From Tubulanus polymorphus (taxonomy: Eukaryota; Animalia; Nemertea), in the NCBI RefSeq assembly GCF_964204645.1, contig NC_134030.1, positions 2,029,355 through 2,093,354 on the forward strand: a stretch of DNA of 64,000 bases. Direction: 5' to 3'. Below the pieces are notes generated by a model. The model did no database searches and was not told the origin of the DNA. It saw nothing but the letters and a program-made list of their open reading frames with translations. The position numbers were made by a program, and so were the translations under genes. Below are positions 21,619-37,800 of this stretch, in pieces; positions within the stretch are counted from its first letter, which is position 1; each line of letters opens with the position of its first letter.

Positions 21619-22800
21619 AATGGTCAACAGATGCCATCTGAATATCAAAGCCAACATCGTGTTTGATTAGATGTTTCACATATTTTCACCTACAAGACAA
21701 TCAAACAACAAACTTAAAAGGATATTTTCAACAATCACTAAGTCAATAAAATAAATCTATCTATTACAATATATACCTGATTTATAGTCAATTCAGATTC
21801 ATGACTCCTTTCAACTAAGGGATAATATTCCTGTGAATCCCTGAAGGTATTTTTCAATCTTGTAGTAACATACCATCTCTAGATATTTCCTTATTACAAC
21901 AGGAAAACTCAAAATATGAATAATTTTGAATAATGTAAGACTTGAAAATTGATGTAATTTTCAATATCATACCTGATTTATAGTCAGTTCAGACTAATGA
22001 CTCGACGTTCCTTTGCAACTGTTAACTTTGTGACTACTTTGCAGCTTGACTGAGGCAGTTGACTCAGTACTACTGATCTCAGTGGTGTCATTCATCTAAC
22101 TGATGCCCGGTGATTGTCTCATCTCTGGTGACAATCAGTTCTGTGGTAAACCTCTCCACATTTGCTACAAGAAAACAAAAAATATGAATAATTTTCATTT
22201 TCATGACTGACTTATAGTCTGTTCAATGACTGATCATTCCTCTGGTATTGCGTTTCTAACGATTTGCTACAAGAAAACATGTAACAAACCATCATAATGT
22301 TTGGGACTTTTCCTAAAACAAGAAATCAATGTTACCTGTATCTTAACATACCTGATTTATAGTCAGTTCAGACTAATGACTCGACGTTCCTTTGGAACTG
22401 TTAACTTTCCTTGTGACTCAGTAACTTAGTTCCTGACTTTGACGGAGATTTCTCACTACTACTGATCTGAGTTGTGACATTCATCTAACTAATGCCAGGT
22501 GATTGTCTCATCTCTGGTGACACTTAGTTCGTCAATATTTGCTACAAGAAAACACAAAACATGAATAACTCTTAATTTTGAGACATTGAAAATTGATCCC
22601 TATAATTTCAATATCATACCTGATTTATAGTCAGTTCAGACTAATGACTCGACGTTCCTCTGGAACTATTAACTTTCCTTTGCGACTGTAACTTTTTTGC
22701 TGACTTTGACGGAGATGAATCAGTACCACTGATCTCAGTGGCGACCTTCATCTCACGGATGGCTGGTGATTGTCTCATCTCTGGTGACTCAGTTCAGTGG
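21177..22800 (-). ncRNA. Putative spliced non-coding or pseudogene exons, tandemly amplified
   Basis: Five introns of 78-87 nt with CAG|GTAT donors and (mostly) TCTTGTAG acceptors: 21178-21261, 21690-21776, 21890-21972, 22267-22351 and 22542-22619. The ~190-nt exons have stops in the frames I read. Confidence 0.5.
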
Positions 22801-25800
22801 ACCAGCGATATTTCAAAGATTCAACCACCAAATAGCTATCAATGGATAGCTCTATGGAATATTTTTACAATCTAAACGTTTAGTCGTAATGAGGACATTC
22901 GGGAAGCAGAATCAATCGTAATTCAGCAACATATGATACAATATGTACAGAACCAACACCAGCGACATTTCAAAGATGCAACCACCACAAAGCTATCATT
23001 GGATAGCTCTTTTGAATATTTATACATTAAAAACTTTATGTCGTTATAAGGACGATCAGGAAACATAAGAATCATAATTCAGCGATATATGATACAATAT
23101 GTACACAGAACCAACACCAGCGACATTTCAAAGATGCAACCACCACAAAGCTATCAATGGATAGCTCTTTTGAATAATTTAGAATTCAAATTTAAAATTA
23201 AAGGAGGTCATCAGTGTTGTAACACACTGATAATTCAGCTCGTTTGTCACGTTTCTACATGACAGTTGAAGAAGGAAGGAGGAGACTCCTTAACTCATTA
23301 TCACCCCAAAACAGAGTGTATCAGTTAACACACAGCAGCAAGCAGCAGTATTAAAGGAGGTCATCAGTGTTGTAACACACTGATAATTCAGTCCGTTTGT
23401 CACGTTTCTACATAACAGTTGAAGAACTGTGTCATTATAAGGATAATCAGGAAACAGAATCAATCATAATTCAGCGACATATGATACAATATATACAGAA
23501 CCAACACCAGCGACATTTCAAAGATACAACCACCACAAAGCTTTCAATGGATAGCTCCTTTGAATATTTATAAATTTAAAACTGTGTCGTTATAAGGATG
23601 ATCAGGAAACAGAATCAATCATAATTCAGCGACATATGATGCAATATATACAGAACCAAGACCAGCGACATTTCAATGATACAACCACCACAAAGCTATC
23701 GATGGATAGCTGCTTTGAGTATTTATACATTTAAAAGTTTAAGTCGTTATAAGGACGATCAGGAAACAAAATAATCAATCCAAATTCACCGACATATCTT
23801 ACAATATATACATTGAACCAACACCAGCGACATTTCAATGATACAACCACCACAAAGCTATCGATGGATAGCTGCTTTGAGTATTTATACATTTAAAAGT
23901 TTAAGTCGTTATAAGGACGATCAGGAAACAAAATAATCAATCCAAATTCACCGACATATATTACAATATATACATTGAACCAACACCAGCGACAATTTCA
24001 ATGATACAACCACCACAAAGCTATCAATGGATAGCTCTTTTGAATAATTTAGAATTCAAATTTAAAATTAAAGGAGGTCATCAGTGTTGTAACACACTGA
24101 TAATTCAGCTCGTTTGTCACGTTTCTACATGACAGTTGAAGAAGGAAGGAGGAGACTCCTGCACCCAATATCACCACAAAACAGAGTGTATCAATAAACA
24201 CCCAGCAGCAAGCAGCAGTATTAAAGGAGGTCATCAGTGATGTAACACACTGATAATTCAGTCCGTTTGTCACGTTTCTACATAACAGTTGAAGAACTGT
24301 GTCATTATGAAACAGAATCAATCATAATTCAGCGACATGATACAATATATACAGAACCAACACCAGCGACATTTCAAAGATACAACCACCACAAAGCTAT
24401 GGATGGATAGCTCTTTTGAATATTCATACATTAAAAACTTTAAGTCGTTATAAGGACGATCAGGAAACATAAGAATCATAATTCAGCGATATATGATACA
24501 ATATGTACACAGAACCAACACCAGCGACATTTCAAAGATACAACCACCACAAAGCTATCGATGGACAGCTCCTTTGAATATCTATAAATTTAAAACTGTG
24601 TCGTTATAAGGATGATCAGGAAACAGAATCAATCATAATTCAGCGACATATGATACAATATATACAGAACCAACACCAGCGACATTTCAATGATACAACC
24701 ACCACAAAGCTATCGATGGATAGCTCTTTTGAATAATCATACATTAAAACCTTTAAGTCGTTATAAGGACGATCAGGAAACAAAATAATCAATCCTAATT
24801 CACCGACATATATTACAATATATACATTGAACCAACACCAGCGACATTTCAATGATACAACCACCACAAAGCTATCATTGGATAGCTCCTTTGAATATTT
24901 AAACATTTGAAACTTTAAGTCCTTATAAGGACGATCAGGAAACATAAGAATCATAATTCAGCGACATATGATACAATATGTACACAGAACCAACACCAGC
25001 GACATTTCAAAGATGCAACCACCACAAAGCTATCAATGGATAGCTCTTTTGAATAATTTAGAATTCAAATTTAAAATTAAAGGAGGTCATCAGTGTTGTA
25101 ACACACTGATAATTCAGCTCGTTTGTCACGTTTCTACATGACAGTTGAAGAAGGAAGGAGGAGACTCCTTAACTCATTATCACCCCAAAACAGAGTGTAT
25201 CAGTTAACACACAGCAGCAAGCAGCAGTATTAAAGGAGGTCATCAGTGTTGTAACACACTGATAATTCAGTCCGTTTGTCACGTTTCTACATAACAGTTG
25301 AAGAACTGTGTCATTATAAGGATAATCAGGAAACAGAATCAATCATAATTCAGCGACATATGATACAATATATACAGAACCAACACCAGCGACATTTCAA
25401 AGATACAATCACCACAAAGCTATCAATGGATAGCTCCTTTGAATATTTATAAATTTAAAACTGTGTCGTTATAAGGACGATCAGGAAAGAAAATAATCAA
25501 TCCAAATTCACCGACATATATTACAATATATACATTGAACCAACACCAGCGACATTTCAATGATACAACCACCACAAAGCTATCATTGGATAGCTCCTTT
25601 GAATATTTAAACATTTGAAACTTTAAGTCGTTATAAGGACGATCAGGAAACATAAGAATCATAATTCAGCGACATATGATACAATATGTACACAGAACCA
25701 ACATCAGCGACATTTCAAAGATGCAACCACCAAAAAGCTATCAATGGATAGCTCTTTTGAATATTCATCCATTTAAAATGTAAAGTCGCAATAAGGACGA

Positions 25801-28800
25801 TCAGGAAACAAAATAATCAATTCCAATTCACCGACATATATTACAATATATACATTGAACCAACACCAGCGACATTTCAAAGATAAAACCACCACAAAGC
25901 TATCGATGGATAGCTCTTTTGAATATTCATACATTAAAAACTTTAAGTCGTTATAAGGACGATCAGGAAACATAAGAATTATAATTCAGCGATATATGAT
26001 ACAATATGTACACAGAACCAACACCAGCGATATTTCAAAGATACAACCACCACAAAGCTATCGATGGATAGCTCCTTTGAATATTTATAAATTTAAAACT
26101 GTGTCGTTATAAGGATGATCAGGAAACAGAATCAATCATAATTCAGCGACATATGATACAATATATACAGAACCAACACCAGCGACATTTCAATGATACA
26201 ACCACCACAAAGCTATCGATGGATAGCTCTTTTGAATATTCATACATTAAAACCTTTAAGTCGTTATAAGGACGATCAGGAAACATAAGAATCATAATTC
26301 AGCGATATATGATACAATATGTACACAGAACCAACACCAGCGACATTTCAAAGATGCAACCACCACAAAGCTATCAATGGATAGCTTTTTTGAATAATTT
26401 AGAATTCAAATTTAAAATTAAAGGAGGTCATCAGTGTTGTAACACACTGATAATTCAGCTCGTTTGTCACGTTTCTACATGACAGTTGAAGAAGGAAGGA
26501 GGAGACTCCTTAACTCATTATCACCCCAAAACAGAGTGTATCAGTTAACACACAGCAGCAAGCAGCAGTATTAAAGGAGGTCATCAGTGTTGTAACACAC
26601 TGATAATTCAGTCCGTTTGTCACGTTTCTACATAACAGTTGAAGAACTGTGTCATTATAAGGATAATCAGGAAACAGAATCAATCATAATTCAGCGACAT
26701 ATGATACAATATATACAGAACCAACACCAGCGACATTTCAAAGATACAATCACCACAAAGCTATCAATGGATAGCTCCTTTGAATATTTATAAATTTAAA
26801 ACTGTGTCGTTATAAGGACGATCAGGAAACAAAATAATCAATCCAAATTCACCGACATATATTACAATATATACATTGAACCAACACCAGCGACATTTCA
26901 ATGATACAACCACCACAAAGCTATCATTGGATAGCTCCTTTGAATATTTAAACATTTGAAACTTTAAGTCGTTATAAGGACGATCAGGAAACATAAGAAT
27001 CATATTTCAGCGACATATGATACAATATGTACACAGAACCAATATCAGCGACATTTCAAAGATGCAACCACCAAAAAGCTATCAATGGATAGCTCTTTTG
27101 AATATTCATCCATTTAAAATGTAAAGTCGCAACAAGGACGATCAGGAAACAAAATAATCAATTCCAATTCACCGACATATATTACAATATATACATTGAA
27201 CCAACACCAGCGACATTTCAATGATACAACCACCACAAAGCTATCATTGGATAGCTCTTTTGAATATTTTTAAATTCTAAACATGAAGTCCTAATGAGGA
27301 CAATCGGGAAGCAGAAACAATTATAATTCAGCGACATATGATTCAATATATACAGAACCAACACCAGCGATATTTCAAAGATACAACCACCACAAAGCTA
27401 TCGATGGATAGCTCCTTTGAATATTTATAAATTTAAAACTGTGTCGTTATAAGGATGATCAGGAAACAGAATCAATCATAATTCAGCGACATATGATACA
27501 ATATATACAGAACCAACACCAGCGACATTTAATGATACAACCACCACAAAGCTATCGATGGATAGCTGCTTTGAGTATTTATACATTTAAAACTTTAAGT
27601 CGTTATAAGGACGATTAGGAAACATAAGAATCATAATTCAGCGATATATGATACAATATGTACACAGAACCAACACCAGCGACATTTTAAAGATGCAACC
27701 ACCACAAAGCTATCAATGAATAGCTCTTTTGAATAATTTAGAATTCAAATTTAAAATTAAAGGAGGTCATCAGTGTTGTAACACACTGATAATTCAGCTC
27801 GTTTGTCATGTTTCTACATGACAGTTGAAGAAGGAATGAGGAGACTCCTTAACTCATTATCACCCCAAAACAGAGTGTATCAATTAACACCCAGCAGCAG
27901 GATTAAAGGAGGTCGTCAGTGTTGTAACACACTGATAATTCAGTCCGTTTGTCACGTTTCTACATGACAGTTGAAGAAGGAAGGAGGAGACTCCTGCACT
28001 CAATATCACCCCAAAACAGAGTGTATCAGTTAACACACAGCAGCAAGCAGCAGTATTAAAGGAGGTCATCAGTGTTTTAACACACTGATAATTCAGTCCG
28101 CTTGTCACGTTTCTACATAACAGTTGAAGAACTGTGTCATTATAAGGATAATCAGGAAACAGAATCAATCATAATTCAGCGACATATGATACAATATATA
28201 CAGAACCAACACCAGCGACATTTCAAAGATACAACCACCACAAAGCTATCAATGGATAGCTCCTTTGAATATTTATAAATTTAAAACTGTGTCGTTATAA
28301 GGATGATCAGGAAACAGAATCAATCATAATTCAGCGACATATGATGCAATATATACAGAACCAAGACCAGCGACATTTCAATGATACAACCACCACAAAG
28401 CTATCGATGGATACTCCTTAACTCATTATCACCCCAAAACAGAGTGTATCAGTTAACACACAGCAGCAAGCAGCAGTATTAAAGGAGGTCATCAGTGTTG
28501 TAACACACTGATAATTCAGTCCGTTTGTCACGTTTCTACATAACAGTTGAAGAACTGTGTCATTATAAGGATAATCAGGAAACAGAATCAATCATAATTC
28601 AGCGACATATGATACAATATATACAGAACCAACACCAGCGACATTTCAAAGATACAATCACCACAAAGCTATCAATGGATAGCTCCTTTGAATATTTATA
28701 AATTTAAAACTGTGTCGTTATAAGGACGATCAGGAAAAAAAATAATCAATCCAAATTCACCGACATATATTACAATATATACATTGAACCAACACCAGCG

Positions 28801-31800
28801 ACATTTCAATGATACAACCACCACAAAGCTATCATTGGATAGCTCCTTTGAATATTTATACATTTGAAACTTTAAGTCGTTATAAGGACGATCAGGAAAC
28901 ATAAGAATCATAATTCAGCGACATATGATGCAATATGTACACAGAACCAACATCAGCGACATTTCAAAGATGCAACCACCAAAAAGCTATCAATGGATAG
29001 CTCTTTTGAATATTCATCCATTTAAAATGTAAAGTCGCAATAAGGACGATCAGGAAACAAAATAATCAATTCCAATTCACCGACATATATTACAATATAT
29101 ACATTGAACCAACACCAGCGACATTTCAATGATACAACCACCACAAAGCTCTCATTGGATAGCTCCTTTGAATATTTATAAATTTGAAACTGTGTCGTTA
29201 TAAGGATGATCAGGAAACAGAATCAATCATAATTCAGCGACACATGATGCAATGTATACAGAACCAAGACCAGCGACATTTCAATGATACAACCACCACA
29301 AAGCTATCGATGGATAGCTGCTTTGAGTATTTATACAATTAAAAGTTTAAGTCGTTATAAGGACGATCAGGAAACAAAATAATCAATCCAAATTCACCGA
29401 CATATATTACAATATATACATTGAACCAACACCAGCGACATTTCAATGATACAACCACCACAAAGCTATCGTTGGATAGCTCCTTTGAATATTTAAACAT
29501 TTGCAACTTTAAGTCGTTATAAGGACGATCAGGAAACATAAGAATCATAATTCAGCGATATATGATACAATATGTACACAGAACCAACACCAGCGACATT
29601 TCAAAGATGCAACCACCACAAAGCTATCAATGGATAGCTCTTTTGAATAATTTAGAATTCAAATTTAAAATTAAAGGAGGTCATCAGTGTTGTAACACAC
29701 TGATAATTCAGCTCGTTTGTCACGTTTCTACATGACAGTTGAAGAAGGAAGGAGGAGACTCCTTAACTCATTATCACCCCAAAACAGAGTGTATCAGTTA
29801 ACACACAGCAGCAAGCAGCAGTATTAAAGGAGGTCATCAGTGTTGTAACACACTGATAATTCAGTCCGTTTGTCACGTTTCTACATAACAGTTGAAGAAC
29901 TGTGTCATTATAAGGATAATCAGGAAACAGAATCAATCATAATTCAGCGACATATGATACAATATATACAGAACCAACACCAGCGACATTTCAAAGATAC
30001 AACCACCACAAAGCTTTCAATGGATAGCTCCTTTGAATATTTATAAATTTAAAACTGTGTCGTTATAAGGATGATCAGGAAACAGAATCAATCCAAATTC
30101 ACCGACATATCTTACAATATATACATTGAACCAACACCAGCGACATTTCAATGATACAACCACCACAAAGCTATCGATGGATAGCTGCTTTGAGTATTTA
30201 TACATTTAAAAGTTTAAGTCGTTATAAGGACGATCAGGAAACAAAATAATCAATCCAAATTCACCGACATATATTACAATATATACATTGAACCAACACC
30301 AGCGACAATTTCAATGATACAACCACCACAAAGCTATCAATGGATAGCTCTTTTGAATAATTTAGAATTCAAATTTAAAATTAAAGGAGGTCATCAGTGT
30401 TGTAACACACTGATAATTCAGCTCGTTTGTCACGTTTCTACATGACAGTTGAAGAAGGAAGGAGGAGACTCCTGCACCCAATATCACCACAAAACAGAGT
30501 GTATCAATAAACACCCAGCAGCAAGCAGCAGTATTAAAGGAGGTCATCAGTGATGTAACACACTGATAATTCAGTCCGTTTGTCACGTTTCTACATAACA
30601 GTTGAAGAACTGTGTCATTATGAAACAGAATCAATCATAATTCAGCGACATGATACAATATATACAGAACCAACACCAGCGACATTTCAAAGATACAACC
30701 ACCACAAAGCTATGGATGGATAGCTCTTTTGAATATTCATACATTAAAAACTTTAAGTCGTTATAAGGACGATCAGGAAACATAAGAATCATAATTCAGC
30801 GATATATGATACAATATGTACACAGAACCAACACCAGCGACATTTCAAAGATACAACCACCACAAAGCTATCGATGGACAGCTCCTTTGAATATCTATAA
30901 ATTTAAAACTGTGTCGTTATAAGGATGATCAGGAAACAGAATCAATCATAATTCAGCGACATATGATACAATATATACAGAACCAACACCAGCGACATTT
31001 CAATGATACAACCACCACAAAGCTATCGATGGATAGCTCTTTTGAATAATCATACATTAAAACCTTTAAGTCGTTATAAGGACGATCAGGAAACAAAATA
31101 ATCAATCCTAATTCACCGACATATATTACAATATATACATTGAACCAACACCAGCGACATTTCAATGATACAACCACCACAAAGCTATCATTGGATAGCT
31201 CCTTTGAATATTTAAACATTTGAAACTTTAAGTCGTTATAAGGACGATCAGGAAACATAAGAATCATAATTCAGCGACATATGATACAATATGTACACAG
31301 AACCAACACCAGCGACATTTCAAAGATGCAACCACCACAAAGCTATCAATGGATAGCTCTTTTGAATAATTTAGAATTCAAATTTAAAATTAAAGGAGGT
31401 CATCAGTGTTGTAACACACTGATAATTCAGCTCGTTTGTCACGTTTCTACATGACAGTTGAAGAAGGAAGGAGGAGACTCCTTAACTCATTATCACCCCA
31501 AAACAGAGTGTATCAGTTAACACACAGCAGCAAGCAGCAGTATTAAAGGAGGTCATCAGTGTTGTAACACACTGATAATTCAGTCCGTTTGTCACGTTTC
31601 TACATAACAGTTGAAGAACTGTGTCATTATAAGGATAATCAGGAAACAGAATCAATCATAATTCAGCGACATATGATACAATATATACAGAACCAACACC
31701 AGCGACATTTCAAAGATACAATCACCACAAAGCTATCAATGGATAGCTCCTTTGAATATTTATAAATTTAAAACTGTGTCGTTATAAGGACGATCAGGAA

Positions 31801-34800
31801 AAAAAATAATCAATCCAAATTCACCGACATATATTACAATATATACATTGAACCAACACCAGCGACATTTCAAAGATAAAACCACCACAAAGCTATCGAT
31901 GGATAGCTCTTTTGAATATTCATACATTAAAAACTTTAAGTCGTTATAAGGACGATCAGGAAACATAAGAATTATAATTCAGCGATATATGATACAATAT
32001 GTACACAGAACCAACACCAGCGATATTTCAAAGATACAACCACCACAAAGCTATCGATGGATAGCTCCTTTGAATATTTATAAATTTAAAACTGTGTCGT
32101 TATAAGGATGATCAGGAAACAGAATCAATCATAATTCAGCGACATATGATACAATATATACAGAACCAACACCAGCGACATTTCAATGATACAACCACCA
32201 CAAAGCTATCGATGGATAGCTCTTTTGAATATTCATACATTAAAACCTTTAAGTCGTTATAAGGACGATCAGGAAACATAAGAATCATAATTCAGCGATA
32301 TATGATACAATATGTACACAGAACCAACACCAGCGACATTTCAAAGATGCAACCACCACAAAGCTATCAATGGATAGCTTTTTTGAATAATTTAGAATTC
32401 AAATTTAAAATTAAAGGAGGTCATCAGTGTTGTAACACACTGATAATTCAGCTCGTTTGTCACGTTTCTACATGACAGTTGAAGAAGGAAGGAGGAGACT
32501 CCTTAACTCATTATCACCCCAAAACAGAGTGTATCAGTTAACACACAGCAGCAAGCAGCAGTATTAAAGGAGGTCATCAGTGTTGTAACACACTGATAAT
32601 TCAGTCCGTTTGTCACGTTTCTACATAACAGTTGAAGAACTGTGTCATTATAAGGATAATCAGGAAACAGAATCAATCATAATTCAGCGACATATGATAC
32701 AATATATACAGAACCAACACCAGCGACATTTCAAAGATACAATCACCACAAAGCTATCAATGGATAGCTCCTTTGAATATTTATAAATTTAAAACTGTGT
32801 CGTTATAAGGACGATCAGGAAACAAAATAATCAATCCAAATTCACCGACATATATTACAATATATACATTGAACCAACACCAGCGACATTTCAATGATAC
32901 AACCACCACAAAGCTATCATTGGATAGCTCCTTTGAATATTTAAACATTTGAAACTTTAAGTCGTTATAAGGACGATCAGGAAACATAAGAATCATATTT
33001 CAGCGACATATGATACAATATGTACACAGAACCAATATCAGCGACATTTCAAAGATGCAACCACCAAAAAGCTATCAATGGATAGCTCTTTTGAATATTC
33101 ATCCATTTAAAATGTAAAGTCGCAACAAGGACGATCAGGAAACAAAATAATCAATTCCAATTCACCGACATATATTACAATATATACATTGAACCAACAC
33201 CAGCGACATTTCAATGATACAACCACCACAAAGCTATCATTGGATAGCTCTTTTGAATATTTTTAAATTCTAAACATGAAGTCCTAATGAGGACAATCGG
33301 GAAGCAGAAACAATTATAATTCAGCGACATATGATACAATATATACAGAACCAACACCAGCGATATTTCAAAGATACAACCACCACAAAGCTATCGATGG
33401 ATAGCTCCTTTGAATATTTATAAATTTAAAACTGTGTCGTTATAAGGATGATCAGGAAACAGAATCAATCATAATTCAGCGACATATGATACAATATATA
33501 CAGAACCAACACCAGCGACATTTAATGATACAACCACCACAAAGCTATCGATGGATAGCTGCTTTGAGTATTTATACATTTAAAACTTTAAGTCGTTATA
33601 AGGACGATTAGGAAACATAAGAATCATAATTCAGCGATATATGATACAATATGTACACAGAACCAACACCAGCGACATTTTAAAGATGCAACCACCACAA
33701 AGCTATCAATGAATAGCTCTTTTGAATAATTTAGAATTCAAATTTAAAATTAAAGGAGGTCATCAGTGTTGTAACACACTGATAATTCAGCTCGTTTGTC
33801 ACGTTTCTACATGACAGTTGAAGAAGGAATGAGGAGACTCCTTAACTCATTATCACCCCAAAACAGAGTGTATCAATTAACACCCAGCAGCAGGATTAAA
33901 GGAGGTCGTCAGTGTTGTAACACACTGATAATTCAGTCCGTTTGTCACGTTTCTACATGACAGTTGAAGAAGGAAGGAGGAGACTCCTGCACTCAATATC
34001 ACCCCAAAACAGAGTGTATCAGTTAACACACAGCAGCAAGCAGCAGTATTAAAGGAGGTCATCAGTGTTTTAACACACTGATAATTCAGTCCGCTTGTCA
34101 CGTTTCTACATAACAGTTGAAGAACTGTGTCATTATAAGGATAATCAGGAAACAGAATCAATCATAATTCAGCGACATATGATACAATATATACAGAACC
34201 AACACCAGCGACATTTCAAAGATACAACCACCACAAAGCTATCAATGGATAGCTCCTTTGAATATTTATAAATTTAAAACTGTGTCGTTATAAGGATGAT
34301 CAGGAAACAGAATCAATCATAATTCAGCGACATATGATGCAATATATACAGAACCAAGACCAGCGACATTTCAATGATACAACCACCACAAAGCTATCGA
34401 TGGATACTCCTTAACTCATTATCACCCCAAAACAGAGTGTATCAGTTAACACACAGCAGCAAGCAGCAGTATTAAAGGAGGTCATCAGTGTTGTAACACA
34501 CTGATAATTCAGTCCGTTTGTCACGTTTCTACATAACAGTTGAAGAACTGTGTCATTATAAGGATAATCAGGAAACAGAATCAATCATAATTCAGCGACA
34601 TATGATACAATATATACAGAACCAACACCAGCGACATTTCAAAGATACAATCACCACAAAGCTATCAATGGATAGCTCCTTTGAATATTTATAAATTTAA
34701 AACTGTGTCGTTATAAGGACGATCAGGAAAAAAAATAATCAATCCAAATTCACCGACATATATTACAATATATACATTGAACCAACACCAGCGACATTTC

Positions 34801-37800
34801 AATGATACAACCACCACAAAGCTATCATTGGATAGCTCCTTTGAATATTTATACATTTGAAACTTTAAGTCGTTATAAGGACGATCAGGAAACATAAGAA
34901 TCATAATTCAGCGACATATGATGCAATATGTACACAGAACCAACATCAGCGACATTTCAAAGATGCAACCACCAAAAAGCTATCAATGGATAGCTCTTTT
35001 GAATATTCATCCATTTAAAATGTAAAGTCGCAATAAGGACGATCAGGAAACAAAATAATCAATTCCAATTCACCGACATATATTACAATATATACATTGA
35101 ACCAACACCAGCGACATTTCAATGATACAACCACCACAAAGCTCTCATTGGATAGCTCCTTTGAATATTTATAAATTTGAAACTGTGTCGTTATAAGGAT
35201 GATCAGGAAACAGAATCAATCATAATTCAGCGACACATGATGCAATGTATACAGAACCAAGACCAGCGACATTTCAATGATACAACCACCACAAAGCTAT
35301 CGATGGATAGCTGCTTTGAGTATTTATACAATTAAAAGTTTAAGTCGTTATAAGGACGATCAGGAAACAAAATAATCAATCCAAATTCACCGACATATAT
35401 TACAATATATACATTGAACCAACACCAGCGACATTTCAATGATACAACCACCACAAAGCTATCGTTGGATAGCTCCTTTGAATATTTAAACATTTGCAAC
35501 TTTAAGTCGTTATAAGGACGATCAGGAAACATAAGAATCATAATTCAGCGACATATGATACAATATGTACACAGAACCAACACCAGTGACATTTCAAAGA
35601 TGCAAACCACCACACAGCTATCAATGGATAGCTCTTTTGAATATTCATCCATTTAAAATGTAAAGTCGCAATAAGGACGATCAGGAAACAAAATAATCAA
35701 TCCCAATTCACCGACATATATTACAATATATACATTGAACCAACACCAGCGACATTTCAATGATACAACCACCACAAAGCTATCATTGGATAGCTCCTTT
35801 GAATATTTAAACATTGAAAACTTTAAGTCGTTATAAGGACGATCAGGAAACATAAGAATCATAATTCAGCGACATATGATACAATATGTACACAGAACCA
35901 ACATCAGCGACATTTCAAAGATGCAACCACCAAAAAGCTATCAATGGATAGCTCTTTTGAATATTCATCCATTTAAAATGTAAAGTCGCAATAAGGACGA
36001 TCAGAAACAAAATAATCAATTCCAATTCACCGACATATATTACAATATATACATTGAACCAACACCAGCGACATTTCAAAGATACAACCACAACAAAGCT
36101 ATCGATGGATAGCTCTTTTGAATATTCATACATTAAAAACTTTAAGTCGTTATAAGGACGATCAGGAAACATAAGAATCATAATTCAGCGATATATGATA
36201 CAATATGTACACAGAACCAACACCAGCGATATTTCAAAGATACAACCACCACAAAGCTATGGATAGCTCCTTTGAATATTTATAAATTTAAAACTGTGTC
36301 GTTATAAGGACGATCAGGAAACAGAATCAATCATAATTCAGCGACATATGATACAATATATACAGAACCAACACCAGCGACATTTCAATGATACAACCAC
36401 CACAAAGCTATCGATGGATAGCTCTTTTGAATATTCATACATTAAAACCTTTAAGTCGTCATAAGGACGATCAGGAAACATAAGAATCATAATTCAGCGA
36501 TATATGATACAATATGTACACAGAACCAACACCAGCGACATTTCAATGATACAACCACCACAAAGCTATCAATGGATAGCTTTTTTGAATAATTTAGAAT
36601 TCAAATTTAAAATTAAAGGAGGTCATCAGTGTTGTAACACACTGATAATTCAGCTCGTTTGTCACGTTTCTACATGACAGTTGAAGAAGGAAGGAGGAGA
36701 CTCCTTAACTCATTATCACCCCAAAACAGAGTGTATCAGTTAACACACAGCAGCAAGCAGCAGTATTAAAGGAGGTCATCAGTGTTGTAACACACTGATA
36801 ATTCAGTCAGTTTGTCACGTTTCTACATAACAGTTGAAGAACTGTGTCATTATAAGGATAATCAGGAAACAGAATCAATCATAATTCAGCGACATATGAT
36901 ACAATATATACAGAACCAACACCAGCGACATTTCAAAGATACAATCACCACAAAGCTATCAATGGATAGCTCCTTTGAATATTTATAAATTTAAAACTGT
37001 GTCGTTATAAGGACGATCAGGAAACAAAATAATCAATCCAAATTCACCGACATATATTACAATATATACATTGAACCAACACCAGCGACATTTCAATGAT
37101 ACAACCACCACAAAGCTATCATTGGATAGCTCCTTTGAATATTTAAACATTTGAAACTTTAAGTCGTTATAAGGACGATCAGGAAACATAAGAATCATAT
37201 TTCAGCGACATATGATACAATATGTACACAGAACCAATATCAGCGACATTTCAAAGATGCAACCACCAAAAAGCTATCAATGGATAGCTCTTTTGAATAT
37301 TCATCCATTTAAAACGTAAAGTCGCAATAAGGACGATCAGGAAACAAAATAATCAATTCCAATTCACCGACATATATTACAATATATACATTGAACCAAC
37401 ACCAGCGACATTTCAATGATACAACCACCACAAAGCTATCATTGGATAGCTCTTTTGAATATTTTTAAATTCTAAACATGAAGTCCTAATGAGGACAATC
37501 GGGAAGCAGAAACAATTATAATTCAGCGACATATGATTCAATATATACAGAACCAACACCAGCGATATTTCAAAGATACAACCACCACAAAGCTATCGAT
37601 GGATAGCTCCTTTGAATATTTATAAATTTAAAACTGTGTCGTTATAAGGATGATCAGGAAACAGAATCAATCATAATTCAGCGACATATGATACAATATA
37701 TACAGAACCAACACCAGCGACATTTAATGATACAACCACCACAAAGCTATCGATGGATAGCTGCTTTGAGTATTTATACATTTAAAACTTTAAGTCGTTA

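Noticed and set aside
23195-23420. Hammerhead ribozyme (retrozyme) in B monomers: minus-strand CTGATGA and GAAAC
   Set aside because: GAAA does not directly follow a stem II closing after CTGATGA, and stems I/III with an NUH site could not be built
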